DNA of 61,813 nt, counting the filler, from Chthonomonadaceae bacterium (lineage in GTDB: Bacteria > Armatimonadota > Chthonomonadetes > Chthonomonadales > Chthonomonadaceae), in the NCBI GenBank assembly GCA_035650735.1. It is 3 parts of 3 records of this genome, joined end to end, with 100 filler letters (N's around TTAATTAATTAA, not from the genome) between each part and the next. Parts side by side here need not be neighbours in the genome. Positions count along the whole stretch, not along the records: positions 1 to 23,870 come from DASRGZ010000048.1; positions 23,971 to 54,452 come from DASRGZ010000049.1; 1 more part is not named here. The stretch is one strand, 5' to 3'. Both the position numbers and the translations under genes were made by a program. Within the stretch, counting starts at the first letter, position 1; each line of letters begins with the position of its first letter. The notes under the pieces are model-generated. The model searched no databases. It was not told the origin of the DNA and saw only the letters and a program-made list of their open reading frames with translations. Shown here piece after piece: positions 19,598 to 30,480 of this stretch.

Positions 19598-20396
19598 ATG
19601 AGTAAGCCTATCGTCCGTCTGGCTGCCGGGGCTCCGCTGGGATGCGCTGTGGTTGGTGCCCTCACACGGGCGGACAACATACAAAAAGACCTGCGCACTG
19701 GCTGGACCTGGGATTTCTCTGCGGAGAATTCCGACCTCGTCGCCACGGGCCGCAACCCTTACTTTAGCCTCGAACCCGGCTCTGTCGCGGTGCTGGAAGA
19801 CGGAGATATGCACCTTACTATCACGGTCACGGATCAGACCAAAGTAGTTGATGGAGTTGTGTGTCGCGTAGTCGAGGACAAGGAGAGCAAAGGCGGCAAA
19901 GTGAGCGAGGTCTCGCACAACTACTTTGCTCTCAGCAGGCGGACCAACAGTATTTAACCCAAGTTGCTACCTAGGAACACGTTTGAGAGAGAATCGCTCT
20001 GGAAACCGGCTTTTGCATCACCGTTTGCCTTCTCGAAGAGGCAAGGTAGCAACTTGAGTTATTTACTATTTCGGGGAAGATGTGGGTGGCGCCTGGCTCT
20101 CGGGCGCGAAGGGAGCCCATTTTGGCCTGATGATGCCGGGTCTGCCCCTGGTCAGAGCCAGATTTTACCAGGAAATGGCTCCCGGTGTAGCGATGGACCG
20201 TTGTGAAATCGTGAGTGTCGGGGAGACGGTAAAGACTCCGGCGGGCGAGTTCAAGAACTGCTTGAAAACCGAGGAGACGACTCCGTTGGAGCCGAATACC
20301 AAAGAGTACAAATACTACGCCCCGGGCGTCGGCCTGGTGCAAGAAGGATCGCTGAAGCTGGTCAAGTACGTCAAGCCCGAAGATGCTAGGAAGTAG
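19598..20396 (+). pseudogene. Exported hypothetical protein interrupted by a MITE
   Basis: Removing 19957-20065 restores one frame ...RRTNSIYYFGEDVGGAW..., joining ORFs 19598-19957 and 20082-20396. Confidence 0.88.
19957..20059. mobile_element. 103-bp MITE (IS982-like ACCC end)
   Basis: TIR acccaagttgctacct / aggtagcaacttgagt (15/16 match); 6-bp target duplication TATTTA at 19951-19956 and 20060-20065. Confidence 0.9.
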
Positions 20397-20435
20397 AGTT
20401 GGCCGGTTCTGGAAGAAGAATGGAGGTTGACATCC

Positions 20436-21133
20436 ATGAGCGCTCGATCCCCGCGAAGTTCTGCTTTCACCCTCATCGAACTGCTCATCGTCATCGCGGT
20501 TATCGCCATTCTCGCAGCCCTTCTGTTCCCGGTCTTCTCGCGCGCTCGTGATAAGGCGCGGCAAGCCTCCTGCATGTCCAACGAAAAACAGATCGCGCTG
20601 GCAGCCGCCCTCTACATCCAGGACTATGACGAGCGCTACCCGTTAGGCCATGTTCCCGTCGCGGACCCCCTGACTACGTTCGATGGAGGTGGCGATTATG
20701 AACCTCATTTCATCGAGCTACTGCGTCCCTATATCAAGAACAGCCGGAACCAGGGCGTGTGGCGCTGGCCCAGTGATCCCTCGCCTCGACTCAACAAGGA
20801 AGGCGACCATACGGAATTCCACGTCTCCTATTCAGTGAATGGCTGGTTTGAATACGGGCAGCCGATAGCTCAGGTGGAGACGCCTGCCGCCAAGGTGTAT
20901 GTAGTCGAGCCTACCGATGATGACCATTTCCACTGGTGGGAAATGGGACGCAAAAAGTGAGCGATCCCTTTCCTTCTGTGGAGGAACTGCCTGTGAAGTT
21001 ACTGACCGAGCAGGTGGCGAGGACCCGCCACAGTGACGGAGCCAACTACTTGTTTGCAGACTGGCATGTGAAGTGGGCGCACTTTTCAACGCTGTGGGGA
21101 ACAACTCGCGACACCAATGCCTTCTGGCCCTGA
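20436..21133 (+). pseudogene. Prepilin-type N-methylation / DUF1559 (H-X9-DG) protein, frameshifted
   Basis: [36 protein letters not shown]; frame break in an A5 run near 20953-20957; C-terminal RHSDGANYLFADWHVK in another frame. Confidence 0.8.
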
Positions 21134-21152
21134 CGGGCCTTCTTTCGCCGCC

Positions 21153-21818
21153 ATGAACATTCTCATCGTGGAAGATGAATCGGGAGTCGCACGCTTGCTC
21201 AAGCAGGCAGTCAGCGAAGCCGGATATGACACAGAAACTGTTGATGACGGATGGGCCGCCGTGGAGAGAGCCTCCACAGGACAGTTTGATCTCATTCTAT
21301 TGGATGTCATGCTGCCGGGAATAGACGGCTATACTGTCTGCCGGCGACTAAGACAGGCGCACCTGCTTACTCCCATTCTCATCATAACTGCGAAAGATAC
21401 GGAGGCGGATAAGATCGAGGGATTGGATAGCGGAGCGGACGACTATATCGTAAAGCCGTTTCAATTGGGCGAACTGCTGGCCCGAATACGCGCGCTCTTA
21501 CGCCGCAGCACCTTGCCCTCTACGTCGCTGCGCATTGCCGACCTCACGCTTGATCCCGTTACCCGCCAGGCTTCGCGAGGCGGCAAGACGATCTATCTGT
21601 CCTCTACCGAATATACTTTGTTGGAGTACCTGATGCGTCATGCAGGCCATGTACTCAGGCGCGAGGATATTCTGCAGCACGTCTGGCAGTACGACTTTGG
21701 AGGCAACGACAACGTGCTGGACGTGTACATCAGCTACCTGCGCGCTAAGATAGACAAGGGCCGCGCACCGGCTCTCATCCACACGGTGCGGGGCGTCGGC
21801 TTTCGTATGGGCGAGTAG
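21153..21818 (+). CDS. OmpR-family response regulator
   Basis: ILIVEDE, LLDVMLP, GADDYIVKPF, winged-helix VLDVYISYLR.K, IHTVRGVGF. Confidence 0.95.
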   Translation: MNILIVEDESGVARLLKQAVSEAGYDTETVDDGWAAVERASTGQFDLILLDVMLPGIDGYTVCRRLRQAHLLTPILIITAKDTEADKIEGLDSGADDYIVKPFQLGELLARIRALLRRSTLPSTSLRIADLTLDPVTRQASRGGKTIYLSSTEYTLLEYLMRHAGHVLRREDILQHVWQYDFGGNDNVLDVYISYLRAKIDKGRAPALIHTVRGVGFRMGE

Positions 21819-21827
21819 GAGTCGGCC

Positions 21828-23177
21828 ATGCCTCTGAACTCCATACGCAGCCGCATGACGCTGGCGTTTGCGTGCTCCACGGCACTGCTGATGTTCTTAG
21901 CCTGTGGCGTCCTGACCTGGTATGCCTGGCACGCAGCGGAGCAGAATGCGCGTACCCTTCTGCTGGCGGCCACTCAGAAAATCTATGATGATCTCACCGA
22001 CGATGAGCATCAAGTGCCTGTTTTCGCCCTTGTAGGTGAAGAAGAGGAGATGTTGGGGCCTAACAACATGGCTCTGCTCGTTGTAGACGCGCGAGGCCAT
22101 GTCATTGCTCAGTCCCGACGCGACATTCCGGCCTGGCCCCACCCTCGGCAGGACGACTGGCGGCTGCAAACTTTGCCTTTCGGCTCCTATACCATTGTCA
22201 TTGGGCTTCCCTGGCGCGCAACCGGGCAGGCGCTCTACCATCAAGCGATTCTCTTGTTCCTCCTGAGCCTCGTCGTCACCATAGCCGCCGCTTTGGGAGC
22301 CTGGCTGCTGGTAGGGCGCACGCTCTCCCCCATTACGGCCTTGTCGAGGCAGGCGCAAACCGCTTCCGCAGAAAATCTGCATCTCCGGCTCAATGCGCCC
22401 TCTGAGGACGCCGAGATCGCCGAATTGGTCTCTACGCTGAACGGACTACTCAGACGCATCGCAGATACCGTTGCGGTAAAAGAGCGGTTTCATGCGGCAG
22501 CTTCCCATGAATTGCGTACGCCTCTGCAAGTCCTGTCAGGCCATCTTGAATTAGCCTTAAATCGAGAGCGCTCTAACGAGGAATATCGCCGGTTTATTGA
22601 GGAAGCGAACACTCATTCGCAGAGGCTGGTTGCCCTGACGCGCGATCTTCTGCTTCTCCATCAACTGGATTCGGCCCAACCCACCCTAAAAACGGAGGTC
22701 CACCTGGCAGACATCTGCGAGCGCGTCCTGAGATCGCTAACTCCCTTGATCCGGGAACGCGCTCTCCACATGCATACGGAGTTACCAGAGGACGCGATTA
22801 TCGAAGCCGCGCCCACCCATGCCGAGATGTTGGTGCGCAACCTGATGGAAAACGCAGTGAAATACGCGACGCCAGGGGGCCATATCCGCATCTGTCTGTG
22901 GACCTGCCCAGACCGAATGGAACTTACCATCTACAATGAATGTGCGCCTTTGGCGTCAAGAGACCTCGACAGATTGTTTGAGCCGTTCTATCGCCCGGAT
23001 GCAGCGCGCAACTCCGATACAGGTGGCACAGGCTTGGGCCTGGCGATCTGTAAAGCCATTGCTGAGGCCAACGGATGGAAATTAACGCTGCGGCAAGCGC
23101 AGGGCGGTATAGAAGCCTCCGTTGTGTTGAGCGTCCCTTCAGAACAAACGCAGACTCAATCAGAAACCCGGTATTGA
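21828..23177 (+). CDS. Sensor histidine kinase (HAMP, HisKA, HATPase)
   Basis: Two TM helices, ASHELRTPL, NLMENAVKY, FEPFYR, GTGLGLAI. Confidence 0.95.
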   Translation: MPLNSIRSRMTLAFACSTALLMFLACGVLTWYAWHAAEQNARTLLLAATQKIYDDLTDDEHQVPVFALVGEEEEMLGPNNMALLVVDARGHVIAQSRRDIPAWPHPRQDDWRLQTLPFGSYTIVIGLPWRATGQALYHQAILLFLLSLVVTIAAALGAWLLVGRTLSPITALSRQAQTASAENLHLRLNAPSEDAEIAELVSTLNGLLRRIADTVAVKERFHAAASHELRTPLQVLSGHLELALNRERSNEEYRRFIEEANTHSQRLVALTRDLLLLHQLDSAQPTLKTEVHLADICERVLRSLTPLIRERALHMHTELPEDAIIEAAPTHAEMLVRNLMENAVKYATPGGHIRICLWTCPDRMELTIYNECAPLASRDLDRLFEPFYRPDAARNSDTGGTGLGLAICKAIAEANGWKLTLRQAQGGIEASVVLSVPSEQTQTQSETRY

Positions 23178-23222
23178 CGACACCCGGATCGAATTGGGCA
23201 GCCCTTCAGAACAAACGTAGAC
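23127..23222. repeat. Degenerate 29-bp direct repeat around a 38-bp insert
   Basis: ttgagcgtcccttcagaacaaacgcagac (23127-23155) versus ttgggcagcccttcagaacaaacgtagac (23194-23222), 25/29 identical. Confidence 0.7.
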
Positions 23223-23327
23223 CCCTGCGAACACAAAGGAGGACAGAGAAAGAATAGACCACAGCACAAGCAAGCCAAAATGAAGCGCATTATGTCTTCA
23301 ACATGGACCCAGAAAGGGAAGATTACG

Positions 23328-23870
23328 ATGAGACGATTCCTTTGCTTTCTAGTGGGAATGGGATGGGTGCTTTCGAGCGGAAGCGCCTTATTAGCGCAGG
23401 AGACACCGGGGTACCACCAGATCGGCAAACTCACTCTCGGCGGCATGGGCTTTTGGGACTACCTGACGTGCGATAGCGCCGCCCATCGGCTCTATGTTAC
23501 GCACGGCACGCACGTAATGGTACTAGATACGCTCAAAGAGGCGGTCGTCGGAGACATCCCCAACACGCCGGGCGTACATGGCGTGGCGATTGCCCCCAGG
23601 CTGCATCGCGGGTTTATCAGCAATGGAGGCGATAATACGGTCACCGTCTTTGATACGAAGAGCCTCAAGGAGATAGAGCGCGTCCCTGTCGGAACGCGCC
23701 CGGATGCCATCCTCTTCGATCCTGCTTCAAATCGCGTGTTCACCTTTAATGGCGGCAGCCACGACGCCACCGCCATTGACGCGGCCAGCACGAAGGTCGT
23801 AGGGACCGTTCCCCTGGAGGGTCGCCCGGAGTTCGCCGTCGCCGACGGCAAGGGAGAGGTCTTCGTCAAT
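23328..23870 (+). CDS. YncE-like beta-propeller protein, truncated by contig end
   Basis: Signal peptide; WDYL..D...RLYVTH, GVHGVA, VGTRPDAI repeats. Confidence 0.85.
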
Positions 23871-23970
23871 NNNNNNNNNNNNNNNNNNNNNNNNNNNNNN
23901 NNNNNNNNNNNNNNTTAATTAATTAANNNNNNNNNNNNNNNNNNNNNNNNNNNNNNNNNNNNNNNNNNNN
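23871..23970. other. Artificial contig linker
   Basis: N-run / TTAATTAATTAA (stop codons in all frames) / N-run. Confidence 0.97.
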
Positions 23971-25023
23971 GGCGGCGGTGCCGGTCACTCCGGCCACGCC
24001 CAGCCGTGAAGCCAGCGCCCTGGCAAAGCCTTCGACCTCGCTGGCGCGCACCGGCTCCCGGTGGTCGGCCATGGCGCCGGTAATGGTAGGCGTGCTCTCC
24101 ACCACGTACAGGCGGTTCATGGCCGCGTTGGCGGGCTGATCGGGGGCGATGTCCTTGCTGCGAATGCGCCGCCGGGAGGCAAAATCGCGGGCGTAGCGGA
24201 CGCTGCCGGGCATGGTCAACAGGAAATCGGCGTCGAGGGAGACGATCCGGTCCGCCTTATCGAAGCGGTAGATCGTGTTAACCGGACGGCCAAAGGTCAG
24301 CATCGCGCCGTTGTGGGCGTTGTCGCGCGCCATCGGCTCGTACTGGTGCCACTTGGCGGCGGGGAACTGGCGGCGCAGCGCATCCAGTTGGTCTCTGAGC
24401 GTCGGCGAGATCACCGTCTCGGTCAGGATCCGCAGGCCCGCGCCGCCGCTGGCGCGCTGGGTGGCGAGCGCCGTGATCGCGTCGCGCAGGAACGCATCCC
24501 AGGAGCTGATCTCGTTGGCCACGCGGACGTTGCTGAGCACTGTCTGCGCGCGGTCGGGATCGTAGAGGTCCAGGACGGAAGCCTGCGCAAAGGCGTTGGT
24601 GGCCCCGAGCGAGTTGGGATGGTCGGGGTTGCCCTCCACCTTGGTAGGACGGCCCTCGTTGTCGCGCACCAGCAGGCCGATGGCGTCCCCACTGAGCGGC
24701 ATCACCGTCGCGTAGTATTGCGGTCGGCCCAGCACGCGGTCCTCAGGCTCCTTGACGTAGGGCACGATCTTTTCCTGGGGCAGATAACGGCATCCCGACA
24801 GGCCGGCCATCGCCAGCGAGGCGCCCATCAGGGTCAGGAACTGTCGCCGGTCCAGTTGCAGCAGCGTGGACCGGTTGGGAAACTCGTCCTCCAGAAACTT
24901 CTGGAATTCAGGGGTTTCGGCCAGTTCTTCCAGGCTGCGCCAGTACTGGGGGCCCTGCTTGCTGGCAAGGCGCTCCCGGAGGGCCGCAATATCCATAGGT
25001 TGTCCGTTTTGATTGTCCATCAT
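23971..25023 (-). CDS. actB: Alternative complex III subunit ActB (TAT molybdopterin-oxidoreductase-like), truncated by contig end
   Basis: YWRSLEEL, RRQFL TAT motif, EGRPTKVEGNPDHP, QASVLDLYDPDR. Confidence 0.9.
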
Positions 25024-25063
25024 ACTTCACACCTGCCCGCCATTCGGAAGACGCAACCGCTCG

Positions 25064-25804
25064 TCAGCGATGACATACCCAGCAGTCGGTAAGCTGGGCC
25101 TTGTTGACATGGTATTTTGCCAGGAGCCGCCTGCCCTCTTCGAGTTCTGCCGGCGTGCGCTGGTAATCTCCGCCTTCGGCCAGGGCCGCCTCTTCGGGGG
25201 TCAATTCCTCGCCACGCTGGAGCTTGCGGTAGAGAGTGAACTCCTGCGTGTTATCCCGCACGTAGTTTTCCGGGTGGCGGTGGCAGTTCAGACACCAGGC
25301 CATGAAGAACGGCTTCCCCTTGTACATCAACTGCATCGTCTGCACCGGCCCGTGGCAGTAGTTGCAGTTGATGCCCCGATTGACGTGAATGCTGTGATTG
25401 AAATAGACGAACTCCGGCACTTTATTGAGCCGGTTCCAGCCGGTTTCACCGTAGGCGTTGCGGATCGGGGTGTTGGTGGCGTAGCTGTCGCGGATCGGTT
25501 CCAGAAGGGGACTGTTGGTCCAGATCTGAGAGTGGCAGGACATACAGGTATGTACCGGGGGAACGCCAGCGTTAGCGGATTTCTCGACGTTGGTATGGCA
25601 GTACCGGCAGTCAATGCCGAGCTCATTGACATGGTGCTCGTGGCTAAAGGGCACGGGCTGGTCTACAGGGACCTTGGCTTTGGTGCCGTAGGAGGAGCGG
25701 GTAATTGCGGAGGCGACTCCGATGAGGGCCACGGGAAAAATCAGGCCGCAGAGCACACTCACCCTGGAGACCGTGTTCATGCTGGGATGGAAAACCTGAG
25801 CCAT
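25064..25804 (-). CDS. actA: Alternative complex III pentaheme cytochrome c ActA
   Basis: QPVPFSHEHH and five CxxCH motifs; immediately upstream of actB. Confidence 0.92.
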   Translation of the reverse strand: MAQVFHPSMNTVSRVSVLCGLIFPVALIGVASAITRSSYGTKAKVPVDQPVPFSHEHHVNELGIDCRYCHTNVEKSANAGVPPVHTCMSCHSQIWTNSPLLEPIRDSYATNTPIRNAYGETGWNRLNKVPEFVYFNHSIHVNRGINCNYCHGPVQTMQLMYKGKPFFMAWCLNCHRHPENYVRDNTQEFTLYRKLQRGEELTPEEAALAEGGDYQRTPAELEEGRRLLAKYHVNKAQLTDCWVCHR

Positions 25805-26125
25805 CGACGCACTCCATCTAGAAACATCAGTATAGTGAAGGGCGCTTGCATCGGAACGACAGGCGGGCTATTTTGTGCTTTTTTTCACGAGCCAACCCAG
25901 AGACACACAGCACGGTGAGCCTCTGTTGTCAGAGTACTCTGGTTTGGCTTATCAAGTCAAGCATCTGGCTATAACTTGGTTGACTCCCTGCCTGCAATCC
26001 GTTCGTTACTCCCCGGCTTGCGCGCCTCTAGACCCATCAAGCCGACGAACAGCCTGTATTATGACACAAGCCGCCCGCTTAAAGCAAGCATAGGCCGATA
26101 TTTTTACCTGGCACCCGGCACGGTA

Positions 26126-27961
26126 TTAAAGCCAAAGCCGCCTATCCACGGCCATCATCAGAAACAGCAGCGCCAGATAGACCATCGAGTAATGGAACAG
26201 AGCGACCGCGTGCGGGCGGTCGGGCTGCTGGTAGAGCTGGAGGCTGCGCAGCAGCAGCACCGCGTTGAGCAGCACGGCGGCGCCAAAATAGAGCCAGTGA
26301 ACCTCACCCTGCGCCAGAGGCAATACCGAGATCACGGCGGTCAGGATGGCGTAGAGGCCGATCTGCATCACCGTGATCCGCTCGCCCAGCACCACCGGCA
26401 GCATCGGAATGCCGGCGCGGGCGTAATCGTCCTTGATTAAGAGGGCCAGCGCCCAGAAATGCACCGGCGTCCAGACAAAGATAATGGCGAACAGATACCA
26501 GGCCAGGGGACTCAGGTGCCCGGTCACGGCGGCATAGCCCACCAGCGGCGGGAAGGAGCCTGCCGCCCCACCGATGACGATGTTGTGCCAGGTGCGCCGC
26601 TTGAGCACCAGCGTGTAGATGATGACGTAGAAGACCAGCCCGGCCAGCGCCAGCATCGCCGCCAGCAGGTTCGCCGCGCCCCACAGCAGCGTGAACGAGC
26701 CGACCGCCAGCGCAAAGGCAAAGCAGAGCGCGCTGCGGGAGGAGATGTTCTGCGTCACGGTCGGGCGGCGCGCCGTCCGCTGCATTCGCCCATCAATGTC
26801 CCGGTCTATGACCATGTTGATGGCGTTGGCCGCGCCCGCCGCCATATAGCCGCCGACGGCGACCGCCAGCAGCAGCCACAGGCCCGGTCGTCCCGCGATG
26901 AACATGGCTGTCAGCGTGGTAAACAGGAGCAGGCTGATGACGCGCGGCTTGGTCAGCGCCAGGTAGTCCTTCCAGGAGGCTACGCCGGCCCCGGCGTGGT
27001 GCGAGACGGCCTCGTCGGGAACCGGTTCCCCACCCCCGATCTCGACCTGCGGCACGTCCTCGGCCAGCGCCGTCGCCGCCACCAGCACCAGGTTGATCCA
27101 GAGCAGGTAGGCAAACAGCAGGTGAACCAGCTGCATCCAGACCGGCGCCAGCAGCTTGACGTTGAGCAGGCCCAGGCTGATCTCGACCAGAAACAGCGCG
27201 CCGATGCCCCGCGCAAACCGGCGCGTGAGCGGCGAGGGCCGCAGGTAGCTGACCAGCCCCGCGATCAGCAGCAGGTAGAGGCCGACCGACATCGCGATCA
27301 GCGGGTGCAGGGGACGCAGCCGCACCAGGAAGTGGGCGGTCGGCGAGAAGTCCTGCCGCAGCCCCTCGATCACGCTGCTGGAGGGGAAGAGCGTATCGCC
27401 CAGGGCGGTCACGGCCCCGCTGACGCCCAGCACCAGCGCGCCCAGCAGGCCCAGCCCCAGCGCCCAGAGCACCGCGCCCTGCCCGCGCAGCCGCAGCCCG
27501 CGCACGCCCGAGCTCCACAGGGCCGTCAGCGTCAGCGAGGCCAGCAGCAGGAACGTGTTGATCAGGTGCGCCGAGATCGCCACGGCCCGATAGGCCGAGG
27601 CGTTGTGCTCGACCAGCTTATAGAGGACCAGCCCGGCCCCAATTAACGATTCGGTGAAGGTAAAGAGCAGAATGAGCTTAATGCCAGCGCGCACCGGATG
27701 CCCTTTGGGGTAGGCGCGAAACGCCCAGACGGCCAGCCATGCCGCCAGGAGAATGGCTAATCCAACGGAGAGACGGTGAGTAAACTCGATCAGGGTTTTG
27801 ATTTGTTCCGGCCTAGGCACCACCTCGCCGTTGCAGAGCGGCCAGTGGTTGCCGCACCCGGCCCCGGAGCCGGTAGCCCGGACATAAGCGCCCCAGAGAC
27901 TGACGCCGACATTGTAAATCAGCAGGCTCCAGGCGCCATATTGGAACCGCGTTCTGTTCAT
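26126..27961 (-). CDS. ctaB: Fused heme A synthase-like (CtaA/COX15) and heme O synthase (CtaB/CyoE)
   Basis: GAGC..HWPLC and EFTHR in the N-terminal half; [33 protein letters not shown] in the C-terminal half. Confidence 0.9.
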   Translation of the reverse strand: MNRTRFQYGAWSLLIYNVGVSLWGAYVRATGSGAGCGNHWPLCNGEVVPRPEQIKTLIEFTHRLSVGLAILLAAWLAVWAFRAYPKGHPVRAGIKLILLFTFTESLIGAGLVLYKLVEHNASAYRAVAISAHLINTFLLLASLTLTALWSSGVRGLRLRGQGAVLWALGLGLLGALVLGVSGAVTALGDTLFPSSSVIEGLRQDFSPTAHFLVRLRPLHPLIAMSVGLYLLLIAGLVSYLRPSPLTRRFARGIGALFLVEISLGLLNVKLLAPVWMQLVHLLFAYLLWINLVLVAATALAEDVPQVEIGGGEPVPDEAVSHHAGAGVASWKDYLALTKPRVISLLLFTTLTAMFIAGRPGLWLLLAVAVGGYMAAGAANAINMVIDRDIDGRMQRTARRPTVTQNISSRSALCFAFALAVGSFTLLWGAANLLAAMLALAGLVFYVIIYTLVLKRRTWHNIVIGGAAGSFPPLVGYAAVTGHLSPLAWYLFAIIFVWTPVHFWALALLIKDDYARAGIPMLPVVLGERITVMQIGLYAILTAVISVLPLAQGEVHWLYFGAAVLLNAVLLLRSLQLYQQPDRPHAVALFHYSMVYLALLFLMMAVDRRLWL

Positions 27962-28638
27962 GGTATCTCCATGACGGCTCCCCATCTGGTAAACCAGGGG
28001 GCTTTCGGGGATTTGCGCCCATGCTGTGCCGCCTCACAGCGAATGGGTTATGCTGGCATCATTGTACCCCACAGTCCCGGATTTTCGTGCGGCAGCCAGA
28101 GCAAGCGCCTCTTCTTCTCATCGTTAATGTGCTCGGTTGGCATAAGGAGAGGGAAAATCGGCTGATGCGTTAGCCCTGGCGGGAGCAGGGCGCGTTCTCC
28201 GTTGGGCTGGCCAGGGTTCGCCGCTACCCAGCCGACTTGCGAGCATCTTGCCTACTTTACGTAGCGCGCTCCAAACCGTTCCCGCCTTCGGGGAAAGCGA
28301 AATCGGAGAACAATGAAAGGCAGAGAGCCGTCAAAATGAGGAGCCTTAGAATTAAAACAGGGTACGAGTGCTGTATTCTCCATTCGATGAATACACTCTT
28401 CGTATAGCTTGCTAATATTCCTGGTGGCTCCCTTGATGAGTCGAGATAGAAGAACGCCGAACAAAGCCTGCTTTGCGCGGCAGTTCCATCTCAAATAGGC
28501 TAACAGGGAGCCGCTGGGGTTCATAGGGGATCGGGAGGCAGCTTTCCGCCTGCTAGGCCTTTGGCACGCCTGGATTTTTGCACGGCTGACTTTTCCGTAT
28601 ACCGAGCAAACTGCCCCGATGCTTATTGAATGTAGGAT

Positions 28639-30111
28639 ATGGAACAGACTGCGGGGATTATGATAGATCGGCCTCTGAGAATTCTGATTGCTGACGACGA
28701 TGAGCGGGCTCGTAGGGCCGCGCATCAGGCACTGCGTGCCGCCGGAATACAGGCCGAAATTCAGGAGGCCCCGGATTGCGCTTCGACGTTGGCGGCGCTC
28801 CGGCGGCAGGCGTTCGATTGCGCCTGCCTGGATTACCAGTTCCCGGATGGCGATGGAGCGTTGGTGCTGCGTGAGGTGCGGAAGGCAGAGATACACATAC
28901 CTATTATTATGCTGATCGGGAATAGAGAGGAATTGCGGGCGGTCGAGTGGATGAAGGCAGGCGCCTCGGACTATCTTCCCAAGTCCCGGCTCACCCCGGA
29001 GAGCCTGGCCCAGAGCCTGCGCAGCGTCCTGCGCCTCCATGAGGCCCAGATGCGGGCCCGGCAGGCGGAGGAGGCCCTGCGCGCCAATAGGCAGTGGCTT
29101 TCTACCATCCTGCGCAGTATCGGTAATGCCGTGATCGCTACCGACACCGTGGAACGGGTCCTCTTTATGAACCCGATGGCTGAAACGCTGACGGGCTGGA
29201 AACAGCAGGAGGCGGTGGGCAGGCCCCTGCGCGAGGTTTTTGTAATCCTCTCCGAGAAGACTCGCGTGCGGATCGAGACGCCGATAACGCGGATGCTGCG
29301 TGACGGCAGCCATATCAAGATAGACGAGCCCGTTCTCCTGGTGGCCCGCAACGGCACGGAAACGCCGATTGAGGGCAGCGGCACGCCCGTCTGCAATGAG
29401 AACAGGGAAAGCATCGGGGTCGCGCTTATCTTTCGCGACATCAGCGGCGACAAAGCGGCCGAAGCGGCGCTCCTGAAGCAGCGGGGCGACCTCGCGGCTC
29501 TGAACGCGCGTCTGATAGCGGAAGTGCAGGAGACCCAACATCGCGTCAAGAACAACCTGCATCTCCTCTCGTCTATCGTAGAGATGCAGACGATGAAGGG
29601 CCGCGACAGTGTTCCGGTTCAGGATCTCAAGCAGGTAGCCCGGCACATCCACAGCCTGGCCTTTGTCCACGACATCCTGACTCAGCAGGCCCGGGAGGGC
29701 TGCCACGAACACTATATCTCGTCCCTGGCGATTATGGAGCGCCTACAGCCGATTCTCCAATCGCAGGCGGGCAGCCGACGGCTGCGGTTCGATATGGAGG
29801 ACGTGCGCCTGTCGGCGCGGCAGGGCACGGCGTTCCCCATCGTGCTGACCGAGCTGGTCAGCAACGCCCTCAAGTATGGGAAAAGCGAGGTTCTCGTCCG
29901 GTTGGCTGCCAAGGGCGCGAGCGCCGCCATGCTGGAAGTTTGCGACGATGGGCCGGGCTTCCCCACCTCTTTTGACCCGGCGCGCGATGCCAATTCCGGC
30001 CTGGAACTGGTGCAGTATCTGAGCCGCTGGAACCTGGGAGGGCAGGTGGAGTATCAAAACCGGCCTGGCGGCGGCGCGCGGGTGCACATCACCCTGCCCC
30101 TGCCTCAGTGA
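28639..30111 (+). CDS. Receiver-PAS-HisKA_2 (HWE-like) histidine kinase
   Basis: ILIADDD receiver; PAS NPMAETLTGW; HRVKNNL H-box; ELVSNALKY, DDGPGF. Confidence 0.92.
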   Translation: MEQTAGIMIDRPLRILIADDDERARRAAHQALRAAGIQAEIQEAPDCASTLAALRRQAFDCACLDYQFPDGDGALVLREVRKAEIHIPIIMLIGNREELRAVEWMKAGASDYLPKSRLTPESLAQSLRSVLRLHEAQMRARQAEEALRANRQWLSTILRSIGNAVIATDTVERVLFMNPMAETLTGWKQQEAVGRPLREVFVILSEKTRVRIETPITRMLRDGSHIKIDEPVLLVARNGTETPIEGSGTPVCNENRESIGVALIFRDISGDKAAEAALLKQRGDLAALNARLIAEVQETQHRVKNNLHLLSSIVEMQTMKGRDSVPVQDLKQVARHIHSLAFVHDILTQQAREGCHEHYISSLAIMERLQPILQSQAGSRRLRFDMEDVRLSARQGTAFPIVLTELVSNALKYGKSEVLVRLAAKGASAAMLEVCDDGPGFPTSFDPARDANSGLELVQYLSRWNLGGQVEYQNRPGGGARVHITLPLPQ

Positions 30112-30135
30112 ATGCTTCGCTTACTGCTCCTGCCT

Positions 30136-30480
30136 GCGGCAGGCTAAACCCTGCCGCTGTGGGGCGCAAAGCGCCCGTCGCCCACCTACGTGGGCGAGGC
30201 TTTCTGCCTGCGTAAGCAGGCAGCAGGGCTACCCATAGAGAGGGATGGGGACGATCCGGGGCTCATTAGATCCTCTGCCCGCGTAGGTAGGCAGCAGGCC
30301 TCGCTCGGCGGAGGGTTGTCGCAAGGCGGAGCCGTGTCGCAAGGTGTCGCAAGGCGGAGGCAAGGGCCGTAACCTTGCCGCCCCTGGCAGTGGGGCGAAC
30401 CATGGCAGCCCCGACCCTGGCAGTCCATTGCAGCGCCGACCCTTGCAGTAGGCCCCACAGCGGCAGGGTTTAGCCTGCCG
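30136..30480. repeat. REP-like cluster with four nested micro-element left ends (30301-30449) and a 28-bp duplication around a 43-bp insert (30203-30301)
   Basis: Same arms as the 14713 copy; the right arm overlaps the murB stop codon. Confidence 0.85.

Noticed and set aside
23871..23970. TTAATTAATTAA palindrome within N runs (also at 54453-54552)
   Set aside because: It is an artificial concatenation linker, so gene adjacency across it is meaningless.
26126..27961. CtaA-CtaB fusion next to alternative complex III genes as a novelty
   Set aside because: Such fusions, and clustering with respiratory genes, are already known.
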